A DNA stretch of 64,000 nucleotides from an uncultured Chloroflexia bacterium (GTDB taxonomy: Bacteria > Chloroflexota > Limnocylindria > Limnocylindrales > CSP1-4): assembly GCA_963707215.1 (NCBI GenBank), contig CAVPPB010000003.1, forward strand, positions 640,001 to 704,000, given 5' to 3'. Shown here piece by piece: positions 1 through 10,863 of the stretch (position 1 is the first letter of the stretch; each line of letters starts with the position of its first letter). Both the position numbers and the translations under genes were made by a program. The notes under the pieces are model-generated. The model was not told the origin of the DNA, did no database searches, and saw only the letters and a program-made list of their open reading frames with translations.

Positions 1-40
1 CGCGGTCCGCGGGCGCAGGCTGTCTGCGGCGGTCCGTCGT
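1..40 (-). promoter_or_regulatory. Possible start of L10 (rplJ) leader, truncated by window edge
   Basis: CCGCAGACAG on - strand just downstream of rplA resembles the start of L10 leaders; rplJ is expected beyond the window edge. Confidence 0.3.
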
Positions 41-86
41 CTTCTGTTGTCCGATGGCGCGCCCGCCGGCCGCCATCACGTCTGGT

Positions 87-797
87 CTAGGCCGCGGCGG
101 CGACCGCGAGGAGCGCGGGAACCTCGACCCGGACGCCCGGGCCCATGGTGCTGGAGATCGAGAGGCCCTTGAGGTACTGCCCCTTGGCACCCGAGGGACG
201 GGCGCGGTTCACCGCGTCCATCAGAGCGGCGAGGTTGGCGACGAGGGCCTCGCCCTCGAAGCTCGCCTTGCCGACCGGGACGTGGATGATGCCGGCCTTG
301 TCGACCTTGTACTCGACCCGGCCGGCCTTGACCTCACCGATCGCTCGCTCGAGGTCGAAGGTGATCGTCCCGGCCTTGGGATTCGGCATCAGGCCGCGGC
401 GGCCGAGGATCTTCCCCAGGCGACCGACCTGGCCCATCAGGTCCGGCGTCGCGAGGGCCACGTCGAAGTCCAGCCAGCCAGCCTCGATCTTCTTCACGAG
501 GTCGTCGCTGCCGACCTCGTCGGCTCCTGCCCGCAGCGCCTCCTGGGCCTTGTCGCCCTGGGCGAAGACGGCGACCCGGACGGACTTGCCGGTGCCGTGG
601 GGCAGGACGACCGTGCCGCGGACCATCTGGTCGGCGTGGCGCGGATCGACGCCGAGGCGGATGTGGGCCTCGACGGTAGGATCGAAGCCGAGGGTCGAGG
701 TCTGCTTGACGAGCTCGACGGCCTCGGTGGGCGGGTAGAGGTGCTCGCGATCGACGAGCTCAGCGGCGGCGCGATAGCGCTTCCCGTGCTTGGTCAT
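87..797 (-). CDS. rplA: 50S ribosomal protein L1
   Basis: MTKHGKRY..., [31 protein letters not shown] motifs; AGGAG SD. Confidence 0.98.
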   Translation of the reverse strand: MTKHGKRYRAAAELVDREHLYPPTEAVELVKQTSTLGFDPTVEAHIRLGVDPRHADQMVRGTVVLPHGTGKSVRVAVFAQGDKAQEALRAGADEVGSDDLVKKIEAGWLDFDVALATPDLMGQVGRLGKILGRRGLMPNPKAGTITFDLERAIGEVKAGRVEYKVDKAGIIHVPVGKASFEGEALVANLAALMDAVNRARPSGAKGQYLKGLSISSTMGPGVRVEVPALLAVAAAA

Positions 798-879
798 GTC
801 GTACTCCTGTCGGCCCAGGCGGGCCTCCCCCTTGTCGCGGGGTGATCGATCCGGCGAACGGTGCCGGCACCGGGTCTTC

Positions 880-1305
880 CTAGCCGACCACCTCGATGCC
901 CATGCTGCGGGCGGTCCCCTCGACCTGGCGCATCGCGGCCTCGATGTCGTTGGCGTTGAGATCGATCATCTTGGTCTCGGCGATCTCTCGCACCTGGTCT
1001 CGACTCACCCGCCCGACGATGGTCCGCTTGGCCGTCGCTGCACCCTTGTCCAGGCCGGCCGCCTTGCGGAGCAGGTCCGCGGCTGGCGGGGTCTTGAGGA
1101 CGAAGGTGAATGAACGGTCCTCGAAGATCGTGATCTGGGCCGGGATGATCTGGCCGACCTTGTCGGCGGTCTTCTCGTTGTAGGCCTTGGTGAACTCGAC
1201 GATGTTGATGCCGTGCGGGCCCAGGGCGGTGCCGACGGGCGGCGCAGGCGTCGCCTTGCCGGCGGGGAGCTGGAGCGTGAGGACGATGCGGATCTTCTTC
1301 GCCAC
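880..1305 (-). CDS. rplK: 50S ribosomal protein L11
   Basis: [27 protein letters not shown] motifs. Confidence 0.98.
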   Translation of the reverse strand: MAKKIRIVLTLQLPAGKATPAPPVGTALGPHGINIVEFTKAYNEKTADKVGQIIPAQITIFEDRSFTFVLKTPPAADLLRKAAGLDKGAATAKRTIVGRVSRDQVREIAETKMIDLNANDIEAAMRQVEGTARSMGIEVVG

Positions 1306-1338
1306 GGGCGCGGGGTCCCTTCTCTCTTGGTCGCTGTG

Positions 1339-1908
1339 CTAGAGCTTCTCGACCTGCAGGAAGTCGAGCTCGACGGGCGTCTCCCGGCCGAAGATGCTGA
1401 CCAGGACCTTGACCTTGTTGCGCTCGGGGTTGACCTCCTCGACCGTGCCGATGAACTCGGCGAACGGCCCGTCGGTCACCCGGACGCTCTGGCCCTTCTG
1501 GAAGGCCACCCGGTACTTCGGCGTCTCGACGCCCATGTGCCGCAGGATCTGCTTGACCTCGCTCTCATCGAGCGGGATGGGCTCGCTGCGGGTCCCCGGC
1601 ATGTTGCCGCCACCGACGAAGCTGGTGACGCCCGGCGTGTTGCGGACGACGTACCAGCTGTCGGGGTCGAGGATCATCTCGACCAGGACGTAGCCCGGGT
1701 AGACCTTCTTCTGGACGGTGTGCCGCTGGCCCTGGCGGATCTCGATCTCGTCCTCCATGGGCACGAGGACCTGGAAGATGCGGTCCTCCATCCCCATCGA
1801 CTCGATGCGGTGCTCCAGGTTGGTCTTGACCTTGTTCTCGTAGCCCGAGTAGGTGTGGATGACGTACCAGCGCTTCTCGCGCTTCTCCTGCATCGTCTCG
1901 ATGGTCAC
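1339..1908 (-). CDS. nusG: Transcription termination/antitermination factor NusG
   Basis: [25 protein letters not shown] motif, [12 protein letters not shown]; GTG start overlaps secE stop (alternative ATG at 1893). Confidence 0.97.
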   Translation of the reverse strand: MTIETMQEKREKRWYVIHTYSGYENKVKTNLEHRIESMGMEDRIFQVLVPMEDEIEIRQGQRHTVQKKVYPGYVLVEMILDPDSWYVVRNTPGVTSFVGGGNMPGTRSEPIPLDESEVKQILRHMGVETPKYRVAFQKGQSVRVTDGPFAEFIGTVEEVNPERNKVKVLVSIFGRETPVELDFLQVEKL

Positions 1909-2096
1909 CCCACCACCCCCTCGAGCAACGCGACCGCCTGGGTGAACACGATGTCGAGCACGGTGATGTAGACGCCGACGGCAAGGCTGATGATGAAGAC
2001 CAGGATGGTCAGCGTCCTCACCTGCTCGGGCGTCGGCCAGGTGACCTTCTTGAGCTCGGACCACGCCTCCTGGAGGAAGCGGCGGATTCGTGTCAC
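1905..2096 (-). CDS. secE: Preprotein translocase subunit SecE
   Basis: ELKKVTWPT motif plus one TM helix; between tRNA-Trp and nusG. Confidence 0.95.
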   Translation of the reverse strand: MTRIRRFLQEAWSELKKVTWPTPEQVRTLTILVFIISLAVGVYITVLDIVFTQAVALLEGVVG

Positions 2097-2126
2097 GTCA
2101 GGTGGTTCTCTCTCGACTATCTGTGG

Positions 2127-2203
2127 TGGCAGGGGCGATAGGACTCGAACCTACAACCGCCGGTTTTGGAGACCGGTGCTCTGCCAAATTGAGCTACGCC
2201 CCT
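2127..2203 (-). tRNA. tRNA-Trp(CCA)
   Basis: AGGGGCG/CGCCCCT acceptor stem, anticodon loop CT-CCA-AA, encoded CCA; canonical position before secE. Confidence 0.97.
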
Positions 2204-2224
2204 ACGATGCGGCCGGCCCGACCG

Positions 2225-2389
2225 CTACTTGGCCTCCCGGTGGAGGGTGTGCCGCCGCTCCCGCGGACAGTACTTCATGAACTCCAACCGGTTGGGATCG
2301 TTCCTCTTGTTCTTGCGGGTCGCGTAGTTGCGCTGCTTGCACTCCGTGCAGGCAAGCTGGATGACCGGCCGGTTCTCCGCCTTCGCCAT
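2225..2389 (-). CDS. rpmG: 50S ribosomal protein L33 (54 aa, absent from ORF track)
   Basis: Manual translation [54 protein letters not shown]; CxxC...CxxE, so three Cys of the zinc ribbon. Confidence 0.96.
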   Translation of the reverse strand: MAKAENRPVIQLACTECKQRNYATRKNKRNDPNRLEFMKYCPRERRHTLHREAK

Positions 2390-2395
2390 GGCGCC

Positions 2396-3592
2396 CTACT
2401 CGATGATGCTGGTGATCGCCCCGGCACCGACGGTCCGGCCGCCCTCGCGGATGGCGAAGCGCTGGCCGGTCTCGATGGCGATCGGGGTGATGAGCTCGAC
2501 GGTCATCTCGACGTTGTCGCCGGGCATGACCATCTCGGCGCCGTCGGGCAGGCCGATCGAGCCGGTCACGTCGGTCGTCCGCAGGTAGAACTGCGGCCGG
2601 TAGCCGTTGTAGAAGGGGGTGTGGCGGCCACCCTCGTCGCGGGTCAGGACGTAGACCTGGGCGGTGAACTTCGTGTGGGGGGTGATCGAGCCGGGCTTGG
2701 CGAGGACCTGGCCCCGCTCGATGTCGTCGCGCTCGATGCCCCGCAGGAGGCAGCCGACGTTGTCGCCGGCCTCGCCCGCGTCGAGGAGCTTCTTGAACAT
2801 CTCGACGCCGGTGACGACGACCTTGCGGGTGGCGTGGATGCCGACGATCTCGACCTCGTCGCCGACCTTGATCATGCCGCGCTCGACGCGACCGGTCGCC
2901 ACGGTCCCCCGGCCCTTGATGCCGAAGACGTCCTCGACCGGCATGAGGAAGGGCCGGTCGATCGCCCGCTCGGGGTTGGGGATGTACGTGTCGACCGCGT
3001 CCATGAGCTCCTGGATCGGGGCGTAGGCCGGGTCGGACGGGTCGTCGGGGGCCTCGAGGGCCTTGAGGGCGGAGCCGCGGATGACCGGGATGTCGTCACC
3101 CGGGAACTGGTACTTGGAGAGGAGCTCGCGGACCTCGAGCTCGACGAGGTCGAGGAGCTCGGGGTCGTCGACGGCGTCGACCTTGTTGAGGAAGACGACG
3201 ATGAAGGGCACCTCGACCTGGCGCGCCAGGAGGATGTGCTCGCGGGTCTGGGGCATCGGCCCGTCGGTCGCGGCGACGACGAGGATCGCCCCGTCCATCT
3301 GGGCGGCGCCGGTGATCATGTTCTTGATGTAGTCGGCGTGCCCGGGACAGTCGACGTGGGCGTAGTGGCGGGCGTCGGTCTCGTACTCGACGTGGGCGAT
3401 GGCGATGGTGATCCCGCGCTCGCGCTCCTCGGGAGCGTTGTCGATCGACTCGAAGGCGCGGTACTCGGCCTCGCCCTTGAGGGCCAGGTACTTGGTGATC
3501 GCCGCCGTCAGGCTCGTCTTGCCGTGGTCGATGTGGCCGATCGTCCCGACGTTGACGTGGGGCTTGGTGCGCTCGAACTTCTTCTTGGCCAC
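2396..3592 (-). CDS. tuf: Elongation factor Tu
   Basis: [37 protein letters not shown]. Confidence 0.99.
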   Translation of the reverse strand: MAKKKFERTKPHVNVGTIGHIDHGKTSLTAAITKYLALKGEAEYRAFESIDNAPEERERGITIAIAHVEYETDARHYAHVDCPGHADYIKNMITGAAQMDGAILVVAATDGPMPQTREHILLARQVEVPFIVVFLNKVDAVDDPELLDLVELEVRELLSKYQFPGDDIPVIRGSALKALEAPDDPSDPAYAPIQELMDAVDTYIPNPERAIDRPFLMPVEDVFGIKGRGTVATGRVERGMIKVGDEVEIVGIHATRKVVVTGVEMFKKLLDAGEAGDNVGCLLRGIERDDIERGQVLAKPGSITPHTKFTAQVYVLTRDEGGRHTPFYNGYRPQFYLRTTDVTGSIGLPDGAEMVMPGDNVEMTVELITPIAIETGQRFAIREGGRTVGAGAITSIIE

Positions 3593-3695
3593 GGGGGCTC
3601 GTTCTCCACTACTGCCCGGTCGTCCCACCCGCCCTGCCGGGCGCGCTGGCGCGACGCTGGATCGCTGTCGAACGCGAAGGGATCCGCCCGGATGA

Positions 3696-3771
3696 TGGAG
3701 CCCACAATCGGACTTGAACCGATGACCTCTTCCTTACCAAGGAAGTGCTCTGCCGGCTGAGCTATGTGGGC
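3696..3771 (-). tRNA. tRNA-Thr(GGT)
   Basis: GCCCACA/TGTGGGC acceptor, loop TT-GGT-AA, TTCAAGT T-loop, CCA. Confidence 0.97.
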
Positions 3772-3816
3772 CCGCTGGCCGACCGGTGAGATCGGGTCCG
3801 GAGGGCGATTCGCGAT

Positions 3817-3892
3817 TGGAGCCGACGCCGGGATCCGAACCCGGAACCTGCGGTTTACAAAACCGCCGCTCTGCCAGTTGAGCTACGTCGGC
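3817..3892 (-). tRNA. tRNA-Thr(TGT)
   Basis: GCCGACG/CGTCGGC acceptor, loop TT-TGT-AA, CCA; T-loop reads TTCGGAT. Confidence 0.93.
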
Positions 3893-3900
3893 GCGCACGG

Positions 3901-5620
3901 CTATCCCGCTCGGGACCCCGGAGCGCCCGCGAATGATAGGTCCGGGGGCCCCGGAGGGTCAAGCGAGCCGCTCGGGGGACGTTCCCGGCTGCTGCGCGGA
4001 TCAGGCTGGGTCTGGCCCGCCGGGGAGCAGGTCCTCCTCGCTCCCGCTCCCGCCTCCGGGCACATCATCGTCGGTGGATCCGTCGCGCCCGGTCCCGTCG
4101 TGCCCCCGTGACCGGCGATGGCCACGCTGCCCGGGTCGTCGCCGGGGGCGGCCGCGGCCACTTCAGCGCCGACACCGTCGGGATCTAGCTCGACCGCGTC
4201 GAGGTCGTCATCCACCTTGGGCTCGGTCGGTCCAGGGTCAGACGGAGCCTCGGCACCGCCGTCCGGATCCCGCTGGGCCACCGCCTCGAAGAGCAGGATC
4301 GATCCGGCCACCGCCGCGTTGAGCGAACCGACGGCCCCCCGCATCGGGATCCGGATGAAGAGATCGCAGCGCCGTCGCACGGCCGCACCGAGGCCCCGTC
4401 CCTCCGAGCCGACGACGACGACGAGCGGGCCCCGCAGGTCCGCCTGGCGGGCGGTCAGCGACGCCTGGGCCTCCGAGCCGACGACCCGGATCCCTCGGGC
4501 CCGAAGGTCGACGAGGGTCGCCGGCAGATCGACCGACCGGCGCCAGCAGGAGATGCTCGACCGCGCCAGCGGAGGCCTTCTCCGCCGCCGGCGTGATGGG
4601 AGCCTGCCGGTGGACCGGGTACACGACGCCATGCACGCCGGCCGCCTCGGCGCTGCGAAGGAGGGTCCCCACGTTCTGGGGGTCCTCGAGCGAATCGAGG
4701 ACAAGGACGAACGGCGGCTCGCCTCGAGCGACCGCCCGGGCGAGGATCTCGTCGATCGAGGCCGGCCGGCGACGCTCCACGACGAGGGCGACTCCCTGGT
4801 GCCCGTCGAATCCGGCCACCGCGGTCAGTGAGCCACCCTCGACCTCCAGGATCGGGATCCGCAGCCGGGTGGCGTGGAGGACGATCTGCTCGAGCGCATC
4901 GCGGCGGTGCGGGACGACGAGCAGACGGCGAGCGGGTCGCCGGGCGACGAACGCCTCCTCGACCGGGCGCCGGCCGGCCACGATCTCCTCGTCCTCGCCG
5001 AGCCGAGGCACGGGCGCCGCGCTCGGACGACGGACCGGCGGATACGCTGCCCCGGGGCCTGCGCCCGGCCAGCGGCCCGGCCGAGGATCCCGCTCGTGGC
5101 CGCCGGGGCCGGGCGGTCGACCGTAGGGTCCGGGCCGCCGCCCGCCCGGGCGCGGCGGCCCCTCGTGACGTCGGTCGGCAGGATAGGGCCTCGGACCGGG
5201 TCTGGCACCGGGCGAGCGGCCCTGGGGGTACGGAGGCCTTGGCCCGCGGGCGTCTCCCTCGCCACGCGGTCCGCGGTCCGGGCGAGGTCCCGCCTCACCC
5301 GGACGGCCGCGGCGATCCGGGCGGTCCGCTCCGCGCCAGCCGAAGCTATCGCGGCTCACAGGACGGCCGCCTCCCGGCGACCCACCGGAGCGGTCGCGAT
5401 CGTCGGGGCGGCCCGGCTTCGGGTCCTGATCCGAACGAGAGCGAGACCGGTCGTCACCGTCGGCCGCCGGTCGCGAGGGACCGCCCTCCGGCGGTCGAGT
5501 GGAGGATCGCTTCGGAGCCGGATCCTTCCCGTGTCCCCCTGGCGACCCCCCGGACTTCCCTCCGGGCTTCCCCCCGGACTTCCCTCGGCCCTTCGGTGGC
5601 GGGCGGCGTTCGTCAGGCAT
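3901..5620 (-). CDS. rlmB: 23S rRNA Gm2251 methyltransferase RlmB with long disordered N- and C-terminal extensions (frameshifted)
   Basis: HQGVAL, LDSLEDPQNVGTLLRSA, VGSEGRG, IPMRGAVGSLNAAVA SPOUT motifs; +1 insertion near 4534; true stop may be 4001 if a second indel lies in the tail. Confidence 0.9.
3933..3962 (-). promoter_or_regulatory. Sigma70-type promoter for tRNA-Thr-tuf operon
   Basis: TTGACC-18 bp-TATCAT on - strand, ~40 nt upstream of tRNA-Thr(TGT). Confidence 0.65.
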
Positions 5621-7026
5621 CGAGCGACGCCTCGGTTCGACGCCATCGCTGCCCGTCGCGGGTGTCCTCGACCACGACGCCCCGCTCCAGCAGTGCATCG
5701 CGGAGTCGATCGGAGGCCGCCCAGTCACGCTCTGCCCGCGCCCGGGCACGCTCGTCGAGCAGCGCCTGCAGCGCTGGCGACAGCTCAGCCTCGGGGTCGG
5801 GGCCGATCGCCAGGACCTGATCGAGCTCGGCCAGCATCCCGAGGGCCCGGGCGGCGTCGGCGACCGACAACTGGCGGGCGTCGATCCGTCGGTTCAGCTC
5901 ACGGACCAGGTCGAAGATGGCGGCCAGCGCGGCCGAGACGTTGAGGTCGTCATCGAGGGCGGCCTCGAAACGAGCCCGGGCGCCGGAGAGCACCGTCGCC
6001 ATCCCCGGCTCGTCGGGAGCGTCCGAGCGGTACGCACGGAGAGCGGCGACCAGGGTGTCGTAGCGCTCGATGGCGGCGGCGGCGGCGGCCAGCGACTCGT
6101 CGCTGAACTCGAGCGGCATCCGGTACTGCACGCTGATCAGCGCCAGGCGGAGCGCGCGGGGCGACGTGCCGAGCCTCGATGAGGTCGGCGACCTTCGCGA
6201 TGTTGCCCTCCGACTTGGCCATCTTGCGGCCGCCCATCCGCAGGTGGGCGCAGTGCAGCCAGGTCTGGACGAAGGGCTGGCCGGTGGCCGCCTCGCTCTG
6301 GGCGATCTCGTCCTCGTGGTGCGGGAAGACCAGGTCCTCCCCGCCCGTGTGGATGTCGAACGACGGGCCGAGGTGGGCCATGCTCATCGCCGAGCACTCG
6401 ATGTGCCAGCCGGGACGTCCCGGGCCGATCGTCGTCTGCCACGAGGGCTCGGCATCTCGGGGGCCCTTCCAGAGCGCGAAGTCGCGGACGTCGTCCTTGG
6501 CGTACTCGTCGGCCACCACCCGCTCCCCCACCCGTTGCTGGCCGGGTTCGAGCCGGGCGAGGCGGCCGTAGGTCGGCCAGGACGCGATCCGGAAGAAGAT
6601 CGAGCCGTCGTCGGTCCGGTAGGCATGGCCGCGCTCGAGCAGGATCGTGATCAGGTCCACGATGGCGCCGATGTGCTCGGTGGCCCTCGGCAGGACATCC
6701 GGGGTCGTCATCCGCAGGGCCGTGGCGTCGGCCAGGAAGCGCCGGGTCCAGCGCTCGGCAAGCTCGGCCGTCGGGATCCCCTCGGCCGCCGCCCCCCGGA
6801 TGATCTTGTCGTCGATGTCCGTGATGTTCATGACCCAGGTGACCCGGAGCCCGCGGAAGCGGAGGTAGCGGACCAGGAGGTCGGCGGCCAGGAACGAGCG
6901 GAAGTTGCCCACGTGGGCGGGGCCGTAGACCGTCGGGCCGCAGCTGTAGATCCGGACGCGGTCCGGTTCGAGCGGCTCGAGCGGGCGGACCGAGCCACTG
7001 AGGGTGTCGTGGAGGCTGATCGTCAT
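5613..7026 (-). CDS. cysS: Cysteine--tRNA ligase (frameshift near 6171)
   Basis: CGPTVY, HVGN, PGWHIECSAMS, FPHHE, KMAKS; anticodon-binding domain continues in a second frame. Confidence 0.95.
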
Positions 7027-8237
7027 CGGCCGGCCGCCTCGATCACCACGACGGCCCGGGCCGACATCGCGCGACCGGCCCCCTCGTCGCCGGCCAGGTT
7101 ACCGGTCGAAGCCTTGACGCTCACCCGCTCGGTCGCGAGTCCGAGTGCCGCGGCGATCGTCGCGGTCATCGGGTCGAGCCAGCCGGCCAGGCGCGGACGC
7201 GCCCCGATGATCGTCAGATCGACCGACGAGGGTCGATAGCCCGCAGCCTCGAGCCTCTCGACGACGGTGGACACGAGCAGGGTCGACGCGATGCCGCGGG
7301 GCGTCGATGGGCCGGCCGGGAAGAGCCTCCCCAGGTCGCCGAGCCCGGCGGCCCCCAGTAGCGCGTCGGCGACCGCGTGGAGGGCGACGTCCCCGTCGGA
7401 GTGTCCTGCCAGCCGGGGGGCTCCCGGGATCTCGATGCCGCCGAGGGCCAGCGGCGTGCCGGGCCCGAAGGGATGGCTATCGTGCCCGAAGCCGACCCGG
7501 ATCCCGGTCATGGCACCCAGCGCGATCTCGGCCCGCAGGAGATCCTCGGGCACCGTCACCTTGAGGTTGGAGGGTTCGCCGGGAACGACATGGACGGCGA
7601 TGCTACAGGATTCGAGGAGGGCGGCCTCGTCGGTCCACTCCTCGCGGCCCGTCGGGTCGCGCCGGGTATGGGCGAGCCTGAAGGCGGCCCGGGTGGCGCC
7701 CTGCGGCGTCTGGGCGGTGCCGAGCCCTGTCCGGTCCACGGTCTCGTGGACGCGATCGCCGTCGATCCGCTTGACGGTCTCCACGAGTGGCAGGATGGGG
7801 ACGGCCGCACCGCACCGCTGGACCGCTTCGACGACCCGCAGGACCAGCTCGGCCCTGACGAGCGGGCGAGCCCCATCGTGGACGAGCACGACCCTGTCGT
7901 CGGGGACGGCCGCATCGTCCATCGAGTCGAGCCGGTCGAGCTCGGCAAGACCCGACGCGACGGACTCCTGGCGGCGGCGGCCCCCGGCCACTACTGCGGC
8001 CACAGCCCCGGGCAGCCCCGGGCGCGAGCGGAGTGCCTCTACCCGATCGGCCGATACCACGAGGACGATGCGCTCGAGGCCCGGAACCTCGGCCAGCGCC
8101 GCCAGGGTCCGGTCGAGGACCGGACGGCCCGCGAGCAGCGCCTCGAGCTTGTCGACGCCCCCCATGCGACGGCTCGACCCGGCGGCCACGACGATGGCGT
8201 CGAAGGGGATGTGGCCCCCTTGACGGTCGGCGCTCAC
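7023..8237 (-). CDS. ispDF: Bifunctional IspD/IspF (MEP pathway)
   Basis: AAGSSRRMG, HDGARP, QTPQ, NLKVT (IspD) fused to GHDSH, HSDGDVALHA (IspF). Confidence 0.93.
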   Translation of the reverse strand: MSADRQGGHIPFDAIVVAAGSSRRMGGVDKLEALLAGRPVLDRTLAALAEVPGLERIVLVVSADRVEALRSRPGLPGAVAAVVAGGRRRQESVASGLAELDRLDSMDDAAVPDDRVVLVHDGARPLVRAELVLRVVEAVQRCGAAVPILPLVETVKRIDGDRVHETVDRTGLGTAQTPQGATRAAFRLAHTRRDPTGREEWTDEAALLESCSIAVHVVPGEPSNLKVTVPEDLLRAEIALGAMTGIRVGFGHDSHPFGPGTPLALGGIEIPGAPRLAGHSDGDVALHAVADALLGAAGLGDLGRLFPAGPSTPRGIASTLLVSTVVERLEAAGYRPSSVDLTIIGARPRLAGWLDPMTATIAAALGLATERVSVKASTGNLAGDEGAGRAMSARAVVVIEAAGR

Positions 8238-9292
8238 TCGGGCTTCGGCTGCGCGAAGACCATCCGCCCGGCCACCGTCTGGAGCACGCGGGTGACGGTC
8301 ACCTCGAGATCGCGGTCGAGGAAGCGGACCCCGCCCTCGACGACGATCATCGTTCCGTCGTCGAGGAAGCCGACGCCCTGCCCCGACTCCTTGCCCTCCT
8401 GGATCACCCGGACCTCGAGCTCCTCACCGGGCAGCACGGCCGGCTTCACGGCATTCGCCAGCGAGTTGACGTTCATGACCCGGACGCCCTGCAGCTCGGC
8501 GACCCGGTTGAGATTGAAGTCGTTGGTGAGGATGACCTTGCTGCGCGCCTTGGCCAAGGCGACGAGCTTGGCGTCGACCTCGTCCGCCTCGGGGACCTCG
8601 TCGTCGACGATCTCGACCGGGGTAGGCCCGTCCTTCTGCATCCGGCCGAGGATCTCGAGCCCGCGGCGTCCTCGGTTCCGACGCATCGTGTCGGGACTGT
8701 CGGCGATCCGCTGGAGCTCCTCGAGTACGAAGCGTGGGACGACCAGCGTCCCGTAGATGAAGCCCGAATCCACGACGTCGGCGATCCGACCATCGATGAT
8801 GACGCTCGTGTCCACCACGATCCGGGGTTCTCCGCTGCCCGCGTCGCCGGCCTCCGTCTTCTGGGGCCGGAAGATGCCGAAGGCCTCGGCGGCCGCGACG
8901 AGGTCCTCGCGCTTGGCGACGGTCAGCCCGACCATCCCGAAGCCGAGGATGATCGAGACGGCGAGGGGCAGGATGTCACCCAGCGGACCCTCGATCTGGG
9001 AGAGCGGGATCCCGAGGAGCAGCCCCATGAGCAGGCCTACCAGGAGGCCCGCGACCGCGGTCACGAACTCGGCCGTCGACAGCTCCTGGGTCCGCCGCAC
9101 CAGCCAGGCGGCGGGCACGACCGTCAGGTAGGGGAAAACGGCGAAGCCGACCACGACCCAGGCCACCACCCAGGTCGCCAGCAGCGCCCCGCCGTAGTCG
9201 CCTCCTCCGGCGATGTCCGGCAGCGACGCCGCGAGGCCCAGCCCGAAGATCCCTCCCAGGGCGGCTCCCAGCAGGCGGATGTTCCGGATCAC
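8234..9292 (-). CDS. PIN/TRAM-domain membrane protein (YacL family)
   Basis: 4 N-terminal TM helices, DTSVIIDGRI PIN, TNDFNLNRVA, QGVGFLDDGTMIVVE TRAM; radA-yacL-ispD synteny. Confidence 0.92.
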   Translation of the reverse strand: MIRNIRLLGAALGGIFGLGLAASLPDIAGGGDYGGALLATWVVAWVVVGFAVFPYLTVVPAAWLVRRTQELSTAEFVTAVAGLLVGLLMGLLLGIPLSQIEGPLGDILPLAVSIILGFGMVGLTVAKREDLVAAAEAFGIFRPQKTEAGDAGSGEPRIVVDTSVIIDGRIADVVDSGFIYGTLVVPRFVLEELQRIADSPDTMRRNRGRRGLEILGRMQKDGPTPVEIVDDEVPEADEVDAKLVALAKARSKVILTNDFNLNRVAELQGVRVMNVNSLANAVKPAVLPGEELEVRVIQEGKESGQGVGFLDDGTMIVVEGGVRFLDRDLEVTVTRVLQTVAGRMVFAQPKPE

Positions 9293-9416
9293 CTCGGTCT
9301 CGCTAGCTCGAGGGTGGGCCAGGCGGCGGTCCAAGCCGATCCCCCGGGTCGGTCGGGTCCCCGGGCGGCCGCCAGCCTAGCACCGTCGAGTGGCCGGCCG
9401 CCACGGCCGGCCAGCC

Positions 9417-10841
9417 TCACCGCTCCCTCCGGAGAGCGGTGCGAGCCGGTCCGGTGTCCTGCAGGGCAGTCCGGAGCGCCTCGGCCAGGGTCGCCACGGG
9501 AGCGACGGTCAGGCTCGATGGCGCCTCGGCCATCGGGCGGCCCGTCGTGGCGGGCACGATGGCCCGTACGAACCCGAGCCGGCTCGCCTCCCTCAGGCGG
9601 CGCTCCAGGCCAGGCACACCCCGAAGCTCGCCGAGCAGCCCCACTTCGCCGATGGCGATCGTGCCTGCGGGCACCGGGACATCCCGGAGCGACGAGGTGA
9701 GCGCCAGGCAAAGCGGCAGGTCGAGAGCCGGGTCGTCGAAGGCGAGCCCTCCCGCGAGGTTCGCGTAGACGTCGTGCCCCGACAGGCCGATGCCAGCCCG
9801 GCGTCCCAGGACGGCGATCAGCAGGGCCAGCCGGTTGGGATCAAGGCCGCTGGTCGTCCGCCGCGGCGAGCCGATCGCCCCGGACGCCGTCAGCGCCTGG
9901 ACCTCCACCAGGATCGGCCGGGTCCCTTCGAGCGTGGCGCCGACGACGCTGCCCGGGGCAGGCTCGAGGTGCTCGCCGAGGAAGGCACGAGCCGGATCGG
10001 GGACCTCCACGAGGCCCTCCTCGAGCATCTCGAAGACACCGATCTCCTCGGTCGAGCCGTAGCGGTTCTTGGGCGAACGCAGCAGCCGCAGTCCGCCGGA
10101 GCGATCGCCTTCGAGGCCGAGGACCACGTCGACGAGGTGCTCCAGCGTCTTGGGCCCGGCGAGCGTCCCATCCTTGGTGACGTGCCCGACGAGGACGACC
10201 GGGATGCCCGAGGACTTGGCCAGCTCGCCGAGCCGGGCGGCCGACTCGCGGACCTGGCCGACACTACCGGGGGGACCGTCGAGCTCCTCGACCACTGCCG
10301 TCTGGATCGAGTCCACGATCAGGAGCCCGGGCAGATCCGCCCGAGTGAGCTCGATGACCCGCCCGACGTCCCGCTCCGCGACCACCCGGATGGCGCTTCC
10401 CGCCGCGCCGTCGAGGATGCCGAGTCGGGCAGCTCGCAGGCGGAGCTGGCCGGCCGACTCCTCGCCCGACGCGTAGAGCACGTGGCCCTCGCGCGAACCG
10501 GACGCCACCGCGGCGGCGACCTGCAGCAGCAGGGTGGACTTGCCGATGCCGGGCTCGCCGCCCAGCAGGATCACCGACCCGTCGACGATCCCGCCCCCGA
10601 GGACCCGGTCAAGCTCGCCGATCCCGGTCGAGCGCCGCCCTGCAGCCTCGTCGGAGCCCGCGCCGGCGAGCGTCTCGGCGCCGCTCGAGGGCCCGGCGAC
10701 CGCTCGCGCCCGGGTCTCGGCGACCCGGACGACCGTCTCGACGAGGGTGTTCCAGGCACCACAGTCCCGGCACTGACCCTCCCAGCGAAGCTGGGCGGCA
10801 CCACATGCCTGGCAGATGTACCGGCTCTGGCTGCGCGCCAC
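9417..10841 (-). CDS. radA: DNA repair protein RadA/Sms
   Basis: C4 zinc finger, GEPGIGKST, KNRYG, Lon-like C-terminus. Confidence 0.96.
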   Translation of the reverse strand: MARSQSRYICQACGAAQLRWEGQCRDCGAWNTLVETVVRVAETRARAVAGPSSGAETLAGAGSDEAAGRRSTGIGELDRVLGGGIVDGSVILLGGEPGIGKSTLLLQVAAAVASGSREGHVLYASGEESAGQLRLRAARLGILDGAAGSAIRVVAERDVGRVIELTRADLPGLLIVDSIQTAVVEELDGPPGSVGQVRESAARLGELAKSSGIPVVLVGHVTKDGTLAGPKTLEHLVDVVLGLEGDRSGGLRLLRSPKNRYGSTEEIGVFEMLEEGLVEVPDPARAFLGEHLEPAPGSVVGATLEGTRPILVEVQALTASGAIGSPRRTTSGLDPNRLALLIAVLGRRAGIGLSGHDVYANLAGGLAFDDPALDLPLCLALTSSLRDVPVPAGTIAIGEVGLLGELRGVPGLERRLREASRLGFVRAIVPATTGRPMAEAPSSLTVAPVATLAEALRTALQDTGPARTALRRER

Positions 10842-10863
10842 GCCTCGGCCCTGCCGGCCGATG

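Noticed and set aside
798-879. L1-binding autoregulatory site between rplK and rplA
   Set aside because: The GGAG-GCCC-loop-GGGC next to the SD is suggestive, but I could not establish the lower stem; it needs a covariance-model search.
3901-7026. cysS and rlmB (and dnaX, pfkA) as true pseudogenes
   Set aside because: Catalytic motifs and codon bias are intact on both sides of single-base indels, and cysS and dnaX are essential; sequencing error is more parsimonious.
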